Shown here: one piece after another, positions 1 to 11,727 of the stretch
How the letters are laid out: the number at the start of each line of letters is the position of its first letter
Position numbering within the stretch: position 1 is the first letter of the stretch
Origin: Octopus sinensis
Taxonomy: Eukaryota
Assembly (NCBI RefSeq): GCF_006345805.1
Contig: NC_042999.1
Span: forward strand, 65,596,001-65,660,000
Length of the DNA: 64,000 nt
Direction: 5' to 3'
The notes under the pieces: generated by a model
Databases searched by the model: none
Told to the model about the DNA's origin: nothing
Seen by the model: the letters and a program-made list of their open reading frames with translations, nothing else
Translations under genes and position numbers: made by a program

Positions 1-1205
1 GTTGTCTTCGGAGATTTTGGACAACAGAACTCTCATCCATCCACAAAACTCAATCGTATAATGATACCTCAACACCATTGTTGGGACTAGCATTGAATGG
101 CCAGGCCACTACGATTAAAGAAAGATCACCCAAAGTGAACAATGTGACAGCTGAAATGCTATGCTCTAGTCAGACATTTCGAGTTGACCGCATAAGTAAA
201 ATTTGATCGGCTGAAGTTCTTTGGAAACCCATTAGATAAATGTTCCTGTTTGGGGCTGCAGACTTAGTCCTCCGCTAAGATCAAAATATCATTATCTGCT
301 TCTTGCTATCTTCAGTGGAATTCATTCTGTTGCAGGCATCAATCCAAGTCACCCTCTGAAACAATTTTACTCTTCCTCCCAAAATTTCCGGAGGTCATCC
401 TAAAGACGTTATAGAGGCAATATTAAGCGTATTAATCAGCGCCTTCCGTGTTACTTCCTGCGGTTTAGAAAATAAAATCCTCATTACAAAATGATAGCGA
501 TTTCGAAAATAAAATTCATTTAGTGTCGAGTTTAATAAGACATGCATCTATTTTAAAAACAAAGCAAGCTTAAAATACAAATACGTAAGTAGAGTTGTTA
601 GTGTTAACGCAGGAGTTGGTTAAAATAATTGTAAGGAAATTAATCAATGATACGGCTGGCTGCACATACATATTCATGCATTCAAATGCGTGTATGATTA
701 TAAATGTGTGTGGACTCATATATATACTAAGCAAGGAATTGACAAACATTTAAATTCGTTTACTAACTGGAGCAAAATGAATACTACTAGCCTTAGGGAA
801 CTAAGTTGAGCATTAAAGATATAAATAAAAGTATCTTCGATTGCCTGGGAAATGAATTTTTAATTTTGGTGTCCACCAACATAATTCTTGTCAGCGGCTT
901 TTAATGCCGAGTGTTAAGCTCAACTTCCTTTGTCAATCTTATAAGAAAAACCTTTGAAATCTTGTACTGATTTTCAATACGGTAAACCTGTACATAACAA
1001 ATTAAAAGAGTGGCTTATTGTCAATTAGAACCTGAAGGCAAAATCAATATCGGTGACAAAAGTGAAGAAGGGTGCTGACTAGCACCAATTATGCTGAAAT
1101 AAAAGTTAAATTGACTCTAAAGCTACTAAAGCACTATACTTAATGATTGACAAAGGGAGGTAAGTCATTACCGTACATAACAGTATTGCGATTTCGAATT
1201 TTGGT

Positions 1206-1256
<51 letters not shown>

Positions 1257-1667
1257 TATATCTTTTAAGGTCTTATAAACACAAACATATATATCTTTTA
1301 AACGTTGTGAAATCAAATAAATCTCCTAGTCCATTATGTTGGCTACAGTCAAATGGCGATGACTGGTGAACCATTTTTGGGTGGGTTTCATCGAACTCTA
1401 CCAATACATTGTAGGATAAATATATTAATATAACAATAATCCTTTGCTAGAATTTAGAAATATTTTAATGCATCGCTACGCGCATTTCCACAGGTCACAT
1501 GTCTCCTAGGATCACATCTCGGTTGAGAACAAGGGTTCAAGATATATCATACCTGATGCTTACCAGGTCTATACTCAGCATCGTAATTTACTACCGAATA
1601 TCGGGGGAATTGTCAGTCGTATGGACTCTAGTATTGCAATGTTGGAATTAAAAATGCTATTCCAACG

Positions 1668-2310
1668 CGGTGAGCTGGCAGAATCGTTAGCACGCCGGAC
1701 GAAATGCTTAGCGGTATTTCTTCTGCCGTTACATTCTGAGTTCAAATCCCGCCGAGGTCGAATTTGCCTTTCATTCTTTCGGGGTCGATTAAATAAGTAC
1801 CAGTTATACACTGGGGTCGATATAATCGACTTAATCCGTTTGCTTGTCCTTGTTTGTCCTCTCTGTGTTTAGCCCCTTGTGGGTAGTAAAGAAATAGTTA
1901 TTTCGGCCGTCGCCACGTTCTGAGTTCAAATTCCGCCGAAGTCGACTTTGCCTTTCATCCTTTCGATAAATTAAGTACCAGTAATACACTGGAGTCGATA
2001 TAACCATCTTGTCTCCTCCCTTTCCTCCTTTCGGGGCCAATTAAATAAGTACCAGTTATACACTGGGGTCGATATAATCGACTTAATCCGTTCGTCTGTC
2101 CTTGTTTGTTCTCTCTGTGTATAGCCCCTTGTGGGTAGTAAAGAAATAGGTATTTCGGCCGTCTCCACGTTCTGAGTTCAAATCCCGCCGAAATCGACTT
2201 TGCCTTTCATCATTTCAGGGTCGATAAATTAAGTACCAGTAATACACTGGAGTCGATATAATCATCTTGTCTCCTCCCGCCTAAATTTCGGGCATTGTGC
2301 CTATAGGAAA
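1668..2310 (+). mobile_element. SINE family A (tRNA-like head GAGCTGGCAGAATCGTTAGC...), concatemer with an internal ~250 bp duplication
   Basis: Recurring motifs GTTCTGAGTTCAAAT, GTCGACTTTGCCTTTCATCC and GGGGTCGATATAATCGACTTAATCC are shared with many other copies in this window. Segment ~1783-2020 recurs at ~2030-2280. Confidence 0.8.
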
Positions 2311-2654
2311 AACGATTATTAATGTTGCTCTACTTTCATTATTGGGAAATTAATCGAAATTGTCATAATTTCCTTGAAAGTCAAATGAATATTTAAGATA
2401 TATAACTAAGCGTCTCAATTTTCATCATAACATTTTCGAACACATTTTAATCATTGAATTATTCTTCTTGATGTAATTTCATCGTTCAACAAATACCCTT
2501 CTTTTTAAAATCCTTTCTTACCTTTTGCATACCTCCTTCCTTCATGCACATTCACCTTGTGTATTCTTCCATTTCTCTCTCTGCATCTCTTCCTATCGAT
2601 CGAACTATTTCTCTCATTTACGCTAGTGTTATTTGCGTTTTATCAATAAGTCAA

Positions 2655-3245
2655 GATCTCTTCGGGCGAAATTCTTATCGGTATTTCGTCCGTCTTCATG
2701 TTCTGAGTTTAAATACATTCCGCCGACATCGACTTCGCCTTTCATCCTTTCGGCGTCGATACAATAAGTACCATTTGAGTACTGGATTCGAAGTAATCCA
2801 TTTACCCTTCCCCATCAACATTTTGGCCTTGTGCCAAAATTTGAAATCAATATTAAGTCATGTTAAGGCAGTGAGCTAGCAGAATCGTTAACATGCCGGG
2901 CAACAGGAATATCGGCATTTCGTACGTCTTTGCGTTCTGAGCTCAAATTCTACAGAGGTTGACTTGGAATTTCATCCCTTTCAGAGTTGATAAAATAAGT
3001 ACCAGCCGAAGACTGGGCCTGTTGTAATCCCGAAGTAGTCAAGCTTGTTTCAAAATTTGAAATCCATATTAAGTAACTGTAAGGCGGCGAGCTGACAGAA
3101 CCGTTAGCAAGCCCGGCTAAATGCTTAGCGGTATTTCGGCCTTCTTTGTGTTTTGCGTTCAAATTCTGCCGAAAAAGTCTTTAATTTCCATCCTTTCGGG
3201 GTCTAAGTATTGCTGTGCCCGTGCCAAAACTTGAAACCAATGTTA
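2655..3245 (+). mobile_element. Three tandem degenerate SINE family A copies
   Basis: Heads GAGCTAGCAGAATCGTTAAC (~2873) and GAGCTGACAGAACCGTTAGC (~3089), each followed by TTCTGAG/TTCAAATT and CATCCTTTC motifs. Confidence 0.7.
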
Positions 3246-3673
3246 AATGAGAGTGAGGTATGGAAATACATAATGGCCAGCAAAATATTTAAACATTGAG
3301 GAACATATAAAATGCATGCAACAAAATGTTTTAAAACAATGAGATATTATCAGAAAATTGATTGCTATTACCTGATTTAATATTGATATGTATGTAATCT
3401 CAACATTGTTTAAATTTCGAGATCTTGTACCATAGTCTGAAAACTAAGTCGATATGTGAAACAAAAGCATATAGTTAACTGGATCACCTCAAATTACTGT
3501 ATCCCTACGGTAAGAAAATGTATGGACGATTTTGATGAGAACTGAAATCAGAATGTATTAGAGAAAGTAGTTTCTTCTCTCTACTCATTAATCTTCAGAT
3601 ATATTTTCCTGGTCCTTAATGAGATCCTCAAATAAACATTTTCTTTAATATACTAAGATAGGAGTTACTAAAT

Positions 3674-3711
3674 AGATCTCAGGGATTTTTCTAGAAAAAT
3701 CCCTGAGATCT
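3674..3711. repeat. Perfect 38 bp palindrome with no spacer
   Basis: AGATCTCAGGGATTTTTCTAGAAAAATCCCTGAGATCT equals its own reverse complement. Confidence 0.95.
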
Positions 3712-5826
3712 GTTTCAAATCATTCTTAAAATAAGGCTCTAACTTTTTATTCGATTATTTATTAGTTTAGTAAACTACAATGAACGCTTCAGCAAACCAT
3801 CACGGAATGGTAATGAGTGAAAAGTATATGGTGATAGGTTCGTACTCTCAAAATTGACAATATTTGGCTCATGCGATCAGTTTCCTGACTTTGATAAAAG
3901 TTTTCAAGTTTTCTAATAACACGAAATAAAAGCAATAAGTACAGCCGGTTTCATAAGCTGATTCTCTTATCTGTTTAGGTCTAATATATTACATTTTCCC
4001 CTCTTTCTTTGAGTTTGCAATACATATTTGCCGATTTGTTAATTGTGCATCTATCTTCAAAATTAATCAGCTGTCTGAGTCGGTAATAAATAAAATATAT
4101 TTGCAATGACGAATTCTGTCTAACACATTCTAAGGTTAGAGTGATAAGTACACACAGTCATCTAGAAAAATAATCATATAGTTTCTTCTTGGATGTAATT
4201 TTATATCGACGGAAGATATTTCCTGATGTTAGTGAAAATATTTGACTGATTAATCAAGATCTGGTTCAAATAGTTTTCAAGAAAACATTGATTTCTACGA
4301 TTAATAGAAAGCCACATATTTCCAATAGGTTATAGTTGATTAAACTGACCTCAGTAATTGACTGGTACTTTTCCTTTATCGATTCAGGAAAAACGGAATA
4401 TAATGTCAATCCCGGCGTAATTTGAACTCAGAATGTAAACGATTTTAACTAAATACCCCAAGGCATTTCGTTATACAGTCTAATGATTCAGTTAATCTAT
4501 CACCATTAGTTTACTGAAAATATTCAAATCAGGTCGGTCAATTTATGAGCGATTTTATGCAACATTTACCAAAACTGTGCAAGTGGCAAGAAGACAAAAT
4601 GAAAGTGAATGAAATAATTCAAGCACAAAATCAGGTAGGAAAATCGTTCCCATATAGACACTGCTTTAACTGTGGACACTACTTTAAATATCTTCACTGC
4701 ATTAAATACAGGCTCTGCTTTAACTAGACACAGCTTTAAATATAAACATAACCTAGACACTGTTTTAAATACAGACACATTTTCGTGCCGATAAACATAG
4801 TCTTATATCCTCCGTCAGCTCCTTTTGATATTGTTATAGTTAGTTTTGTGCTTGTAATTGTAGTTGTTGTGGTTGTTCACTTTCTTCGTCGTCTTCTTAT
4901 TTGTCCCTTCCTTCTCTCATTCTTTCTTTTGTTTCTTCCTAATATCACCTTCAACTCATCGTAATCTTTCTCTTCAACCTATTCCTCGTCCTACTTCTCT
5001 TACTTGTTGTTGTTGTTGTTCTTCTTCTTGCATGCTACGTGAGAGATGAGAGTGAAATAATATTCTTCTAATTTTTTTTTCTTATAAATCTTTGCAAATT
5101 TCCTCAGTTGCTAAAGTGTCATGCAGATTGGTATGTGGTAATCGTTCCGAATCTCTACTTCTTGGAAACGACCCGGCCGAAATCAAACTTTCATTTCGTC
5201 GTTTCAAGGACAATAATGAGGTCACAAAACTTCTACTGGAAATGATTCCAGGAGCATTCTTTTCCTTCACTTTTCTTCCTGTCTGTCTGCCTGTCACCTT
5301 TTTTGGATGAAATCGACTGTTCACAGAACTTGAGAAAAATGGGTTTCGGTAAGTTCAGAAGGGTTCAAATCGTGACCCAAGTACTACTTCCGTATTTGAG
5401 GTCGCAAGCCAAGACAGGGCGAGGTAGATATTGCTTCAAATTTTGGCAAAAAGCTATCAGTTTAATGGGGAAGGGTTAATAGAAAACATCATCTCTCTCT
5501 ACTTCGTTGGTGCGATATTTTATCTACCCCTAAGGGATGTAAAGCAAAACTGACCATGGCGGCATTTGAACTCAGAACGTAAAGAGCAGAAGAAATGCCG
5601 TGAAGCAATTTGGCCGGCCTGTCAAATATTGCTATATTCTTGACTGTGTTTATGTCTATCTCAATAATTAATCTTTCAACGGCTTTACAGAAATGCTTAC
5701 GCATCATTACATTCCCATCAGTGAAAAATGAGATGTGAGACATATTCCTTTACTACGACTAATATAATTCACTAAGTCAGTGCAATTCCTTAGATTTATA
5801 AATTTCTTCCGCACAATATTATTGTT

Positions 5827-5926
5827 NNNNNNNNNNNNNNNNNNNNNNNNNNNNNNNNNNNNNNNNNNNNNNNNNNNNNNNNNNNNNNNNNNNNNNNNNN
5901 NNNNNNNNNNNNNNNNNNNNNNNNNN
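5827..5926. other. Assembly gap (100 N)
   Basis: A run of exactly 100 N, typical of a scaffolding gap. Confidence 0.98.
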
Positions 5927-6519
5927 TTGTGTACTGGGGCGATCTAATCGATTGCCCCTTCTCCAAAAATTTCGTGCCTTGTGCCGTCTGGAGCTGAAAA
6001 GTATATTTTTCACCTTTCTTATTACTTTTCTCTTCTTTTCACCTTTTATTTCTCACCATCTGGCTCTCTAAGTTCCTCTCTATCTGTCACTCTGTATGGC
6101 TATCGGTGTACCTATGCATCTATATTTAGAGTCTCTTTTTTATTCACCGAGTATCTTTTACCTTCCTGTTCTCTCTCCCTCTCTGTTCCACTTTCTTTCT
6201 CTATCTGTCTATTTAATTTCTCTCTCTCTCAGACACACACAAACCTAGAAACATACACAAACATAGACCGACATGTTTTAAGTATATTCTGTTTACGCCA
6301 TTGACATGCTTCATAAAATTCTTTCCCTTTGCGGCTATAAACTAAAATTAATTAGAGTTTCCATACAGATTTCGATCATAAAAATTTGATCAAAATTTTG
6401 GCACATTATAAATTTCGATAAATTTTCAAGAAGTCTCTCAAAAACAATTATAAAACTAGGTATGTATTTACTCTGATATGGCTGTGTTGATTAAAAGTGT
6501 CCAACATCAGTTGCTTCCC

Positions 6520-6720
6520 TTTCTAATATAGGTGTAACATTTTAGCACTGGGCCAGCAATTTCTGGGGAAGAATTAAGTCGATTGCATCGATCCCATTCC
6601 TCAACTTTATCGATCCAGAAGGGTGAAAGTCAAAGTCGACATCGGATGAATCCGAACACAGGACCGTCGAAATGTCTGTCGCTAAGAATTTTATCTAGCA
6701 TGCGAACGATTCTGCCTGGT
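6520..6720 (-). mobile_element. SINE family A, degenerate
   Basis: The reverse complement reads CAGAATCGTT...GTCGACTTTGACTTTCACCC...GATCGATGCAATCGACTTAAT. Confidence 0.6.
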
Positions 6721-7454
6721 TGCCGTTTTCTATATTCTCCAGTAAGAATGACAATGCATTTAGTTCTTTCGTAAACACTTCTCTCTTATTCCCATTTCAA
6801 ACATCTTATGACATAGGTCTACAAATTTGACAGTACCATGGTCAAATTTCTGTAGGTAATATTGAAATTAGAATTCCTAGAATTCTTACATTCATTTATA
6901 CTGTGCCTCTCACTAGATTAATTTAGTCGATCAAATCGGCAACAATAACGATTATTTTTAAAGCCTCGTGCTTATTTTGTCTTTTGGATTTTGCGAAACT
7001 GTAAAGCTACGGAGCTGCAGTTATGTAAACATAGGCAAACTGTGCGTTGAAGTGTCAGAGACAAACACAAACGTATCAGTCGCATTCGCATGCACGTAAG
7101 CAGCAAGCTTTCGCACAGTCGTCCTCTTTGAAGATGATTGAGAAGGCACTGATAGTCAGGCCATAATTGGAAATGAAACTTACCAGACATCCCTCCAATA
7201 TGAAGTGACCATGAAACTGACCACGAAATCATATTTACGAAGCGAACTTCTTAATCGTCCTACCTATCTATACCTGTACAATGAAATGTGATATACTTTA
7301 AACCTTTCTGCCGAGTTCTTTTTTTTTTTTTTCTAAATATAAAATATCGGTTTCCCATATTTATAATAAATCTAAAATTGACTTCCTCCGAAATATTAGA
7401 ACTATTTCACGTCACTTGTTTTTATATAGTGCAATTAGTTAAGTTTTAATTAGC

Positions 7455-7710
7455 CCATCGAACCACATGGTTCCGGTTTCAGTCCCACAGCGTGGCACAA
7501 TGGGCAAGTGCCTTCTACTATGGCCTCGGTCCGACCAAAGCCTTGTGAGTGGATTTCGTCGAGGGAAACTGAAAGAAGCCCGTCGTATGTGTGTGTGTTT
7601 TTCTGTGTGTTTGTCCCCCCCAACATCGCTTGACAACCGATGCTGGTGTGTTTACGTCCCCGTGACTTAGCGGTTCGACAAAAGATATCGACAGAAAAAA
7701 GTACTTGCCT
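7455..7710 (+). mobile_element. SINE family B (tRNA head, internal microsatellite, CTTGACAACCGATG body)
   Basis: CCACATGGTTCCGGTTTCAGTCCCAC...CCGACCAAAGCCTTGTGAGTGGATTT...CATCGCTTGACAACCGATGCTGGTG matches the full copy at 41434. Confidence 0.8.
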
Positions 7711-8089
7711 TTATTTCATGTCCTTTCATTTCTGGTTAGAGGAGATTGGCACAAACAGTTCTCTATATCATCATTAAATTTTGATATTCTTTATATGCAT
7801 GCCTCAAGTTGCGCTACTACGACATAAATTTTTATAAGCTTCTTTACTGCGTATTTGCTTCTGTACAATAGTGTACAGTCTTCGAAACGATACCGGTATG
7901 CTTCAGTAGTTTTCTTCTCATCAACAAGATTCTCTGTTCGGCCCTTCTAAGTAACACCTTAGGCGAATTACCTTTTGCGTTTTGGTTTAGGTTGATTGAT
8001 ACAATGTTGGCGAGATTTACGTCACAGAAACTGCAAAAATCGAAATATGCATGAATATTCTTTTACTGGATTCAATAATTTGACTGCGG

Positions 8090-8451
8090 TCATGATGGAG
8101 CACCACGTTTTAGTCGAGCAAATCGACCCCAGGACTTATTATTTATAAGCCTAGTACTTATTCTATTGGTCTCTTTTCGCCGAACCGCTAAGTTACGGGA
8201 AGGTAAATACACCAGCATCGGATGCCAAGCGATGTTGGCGGGGGTGGGGAGAGGAAGACATACATAAATATATATAATACTTATATATTTATATATACTA
8301 AATATATAAGTTTTCTTTGTTATTTTGCACATTACTTAATCATCGTTATATGTTTTATCTTATATTTAATCTTTCTATAATATGTAATTTTTCTAAATGG
8401 CATAATTTAATTTTTCATTATTGAATTGATAAAAGGTGTTTTTTTTCTAAT

Positions 8452-8490
<39 letters not shown>

Positions 8491-8655
8491 GATGGGATTC
8501 TTTCAGCTCCCGTCTACCAAATCTACTCACAAGGCTTCGGTCGGTCCGAGGCTATAGTAGAAGACACTTACCAAAGGTGCCACGCAGTGGAACTGAACCG
8601 GGAATCGTGTGGTTGGTAAACAAGCTACTTACCACACAGCCTCTCCTGTATACGC
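8090..8655 (-). mobile_element. SINE family B; head and tail separated by an AT-rich/microsatellite segment
   Basis: Tail (CATGATGGAGCACCAC...AAATCGACCCCAGGACTTATT) at ~8090-8250 and head at ~8490-8655, both reverse-complement matches to the 41434 copy. Confidence 0.75.
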
Positions 8656-8970
8656 GTCTATACTTATGTGTGCGTGCGTGTTTCTTATACAGTTCTATGA
8701 CGATAGAAGACGAAAGAATAAAGAAGAAATTTAATAAACCAGTTGTTTCGATTAAAAAGAAAATCAACATTGTTCCATCTGAGTTGCCAAACAGCTACAG
8801 CTTTTATTAAGCAACTGCATAATCAAATGCGTAAGGCTCTTGTGTATTCACCCGACATAGTTAATTTTCTGAGCTCATTAGAATTTGTTAATCAATCTCG
8901 TTTTTATAAGTTTGACGCCATCGATTATACAATAACCTTTGAAATAATTCGACTGTAGTAAGAATATAGT

Positions 8971-9205
8971 GGAGGCGCGTGGCTTAGTGGTTAGGGGGTA
9001 GGGTCCATGATCGTACAATTGTGGTTTAGATTCCTGGATTGGGTGACAGGTTGTGTTCTTGAGCAAAACATTTCATTTCACTTTGTTCCAGTCCATTCAG
9101 CTGGTAAAAATTGAGTAATCTTGCGATGGACTGGCGACCAGCCCAAGTGGGTAATTTATACACCATGGGAACCGGCCCTTATGAGTCGGCATCACTCGAT
9201 AATTT
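8971..9205 (+). mobile_element. SINE family C (tRNA head + CORE-like + V-like segment)
   Basis: A-box GGCTTAGTGG and B-box-like GGTTTAGATTCC, then TGTGTTCTTGAGCAAAACATTTCATTTCAC and TGCGATGGACTGGCG. Related to the 51692 and 58019 copies. Confidence 0.75.
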
Positions 9206-9649
9206 AACAGCCGACCCCACCCACTTTTTTTTCTTCTTAAGCTTCAATATAACTTCTTGGAAGGAATTTCATCTCAGAACACGGAATGCAGGGTCTTATA
9301 CAGCAACACATCTCATACAACAGCCCCAGAAAATCACCAAATACCCGTCGAAGATGAGTTCATGATTACTCATGTCCGAAAACATGAAGAGCGTGCTTTA
9401 CCATGGCGTAATTGGGATTCATACACTGGAAGCCGGAATAAATACATCAAGGAATCGCATCCGATGGCCTAACTTCTGTGAGATTTAATAAGCAATTTAG
9501 TCAGTCTCAAAATTGCTTTAAATTCCATCTCTGCGTATCGCAAATAGGTCATATTGGAACAATAAGTATACAATTGACATTCTCTGGATTAATAACTTAC
9601 AAATTACTGGGTCGAAGGCATTGCATATATATATATTGCACATATATAT

Positions 9650-9887
9650 ATATATGCGTGCAAGTGTCTGAGCACTCCACAATCACGCGTACCCTTAACG
9701 TAGTTCCCGGGAAGCTTCAGCATAAATGCGACAAGATTGTAACAAGACCTCGTCTTTGAAGCATAGATACAAGTCATTTTCCCCGAGCTGAGTGGACTGC
9801 AGCAACTTGAAATAAAGTGTCTTGCTCAAGAACACAACACGCCATCGGGATTCGGACTCATATCTTAACCACTAAGTAACACGCCTT

Positions 9888-9890
<3 letters not shown>
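9650..9890 (-). mobile_element. SINE family C variant with a different tail
   Basis: The reverse complement has head GTGAAGGCGTGTTACTTAGTGG and the GTGTTCTTGAGCAAGACACTTTATTTCAAGTTGCTGCAGTCCACTCAGC core. Confidence 0.65.
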
Positions 9891-9918
<28 letters not shown>

Positions 9919-10699
9919 TCAGTGAAGGTAAACTGTTCATACGATATTCGAAGAAAATATATATATAACTCTATTGTAGGGTATGACCAGGAAGGCTACG
10001 CTGCCTATCAGATATAATGCTGTATCTGTTGCGAAACTTTCAATATGATAGATATATGATAAGTTAATAAATTTCCCTTAATATCAAATAGTCAATGTTT
10101 CAGATATTGCAGATTATATCCTTTAGATTATACGTGAAGTTTTCGCTTGCCTTCATTTTACCATTGTATAGTACTGAATAAAAGCTGATACTACACATTC
10201 CCTAAATTTCTAAGCTTCAATAATTTGGATATAATCATTTCTATAATAGGAACAAGGTCTGAGATTTTTATGAGGCAAGGTCGGGTCGTTTAAATCGACG
10301 CCATTGTTCAACGAGTACTTATTTTATTCATCTCAAAATAACGAAAGGTAAAGTCACCTCAGCAAAATTTCCCACTCAAAATGTAAAAGCTGACGAATTG
10401 TGGCTAAGCATTTTCACTGGCGTGATAACTATCGTACCGGGTCGCCGCTATATATTTTGCATATAATTAATTTTTTATATACAGCCAGGCCTATTCCCCA
10501 TTTTTTAGGAGGGAGTAGACACAACAAAACACATACAGTAATCATTCCATTCATTTCCCAGCTCAAAGAGGCGAGCCCCGTCCTATGCTCGGACCAAGGC
10601 ATAGAATGCAAACCCCAATATCAGCAGCGGGGCCCGACAGTATATACCGGTTTACTTCCGCTGCATCAAAATTGGATATAATATTCTTTTCTACTCATG

Positions 10700-11292
10700 G
10701 CACAAGGCACCACATTTTGGGGGAGGGAATTAAATCGATTAGATCGACCCCTGTACGCGACTTATACTTAATTTATAAAGTATGAAAGGCAAAGCCGACC
10801 TCGGCGGAATTTGAACTCAGAACGTAAAGACAGACGAAATACTGCTAAGCATTTCGCCCGGCGTGCTAACGTTTCTTATTTCTTTACTGCCCACAAGGGG
10901 CTACACACAGAGGGGACAAACAAGGACAGACAAACGGATTAAGTCGATTATATCGACCCCGGTACGTAACTGGTACTTATCTAATCGCCCCCGAAAGGAT
11001 GAAAGGCAAAGTCGACCATGGCGGAATTTGATTTCTGAACGTAACGGCAGACGAAATACCTATTTCTTTACTACCCACAAGAGCTAAACACAGAGAGGAC
11101 AAACAAGGACAGACACACGGATTAAGTCAATTACATCGACCCTAGTGCATAACTGGTACTTATTTAATAGACCCCGAAATGATGAAAAGCAAAGTCGACG
11201 TCGGTGGAATTTGAACTCGGAACGTAGCGTCAGAAGATATACCGTTAAGCATTTCGCCCGGCGCGCTAACAATTCTGCCAGCTCGCCGCCTT
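10700..11292 (-). mobile_element. SINE family A concatemer
   Basis: Repeated reverse-complement family A motifs, e.g. GATTAAGTCGATTATATCGACCCC and GGCGGAATTTGAACTCAGAACG. Confidence 0.8.
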
Positions 11293-11314
11293 GGATATAA
11301 TATTGATGTAAAAG

Positions 11315-11727
11315 ATGGCGAGCTGACAGAATCGTTAACAGGCCGGGCGAAATATTTAGCGGCATTTCGTCAGTCATTACGTTCTAATTTCGACTCTGCT
11401 TTCATCATAGAGAGGTCGATGAAATAAGTACCAGTTTCGCACTGGATTCGCTGTAATTGACTTGCCTCCTTCGACGCAAATTTCAACCCTCGTACCTATA
11501 GTAGAAAGGATATAATATTAGTTTCAAATTTCGGCACAAGGCCATCGATTTCGGGAGAGGGGAAAGGTCAATTGCATCGACCCCAGTACTGAACTGCTAC
11601 TTATTTAATTGACCTCGGGAGGATGAAAGTGAACCTCGGCGGAATTTGAACTCAGAACACCAAAACGGAGGAAATGCTGCTAAGCATGTTTCTCAGTCTA
11701 CTAAAGATTCTGCCAATTCACCGCCTT
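11315..11727. mobile_element. Two further SINE family A copies (+ at ~11315-11515, - at ~11520-11727)
   Basis: Head GGCGAGCTGACAGAATCGTT on +. GGCGGAATTTGAACTCAGAAC and CTGCCAATTCACCGCC on -. Confidence 0.65.

Noticed and set aside
1-480. Minus-strand VLWMDES resembling the Tc1 first-D motif
   Set aside because: It is a single short motif with surrounding stops and no other transposase motif or TIR.
8971-9060. tRNA genes at SINE heads (also 16560-16631, 37910-37986, 39240-39310, 51692-51770)
   Set aside because: A/B boxes are present but they run into SINE bodies and lack a full cloverleaf.
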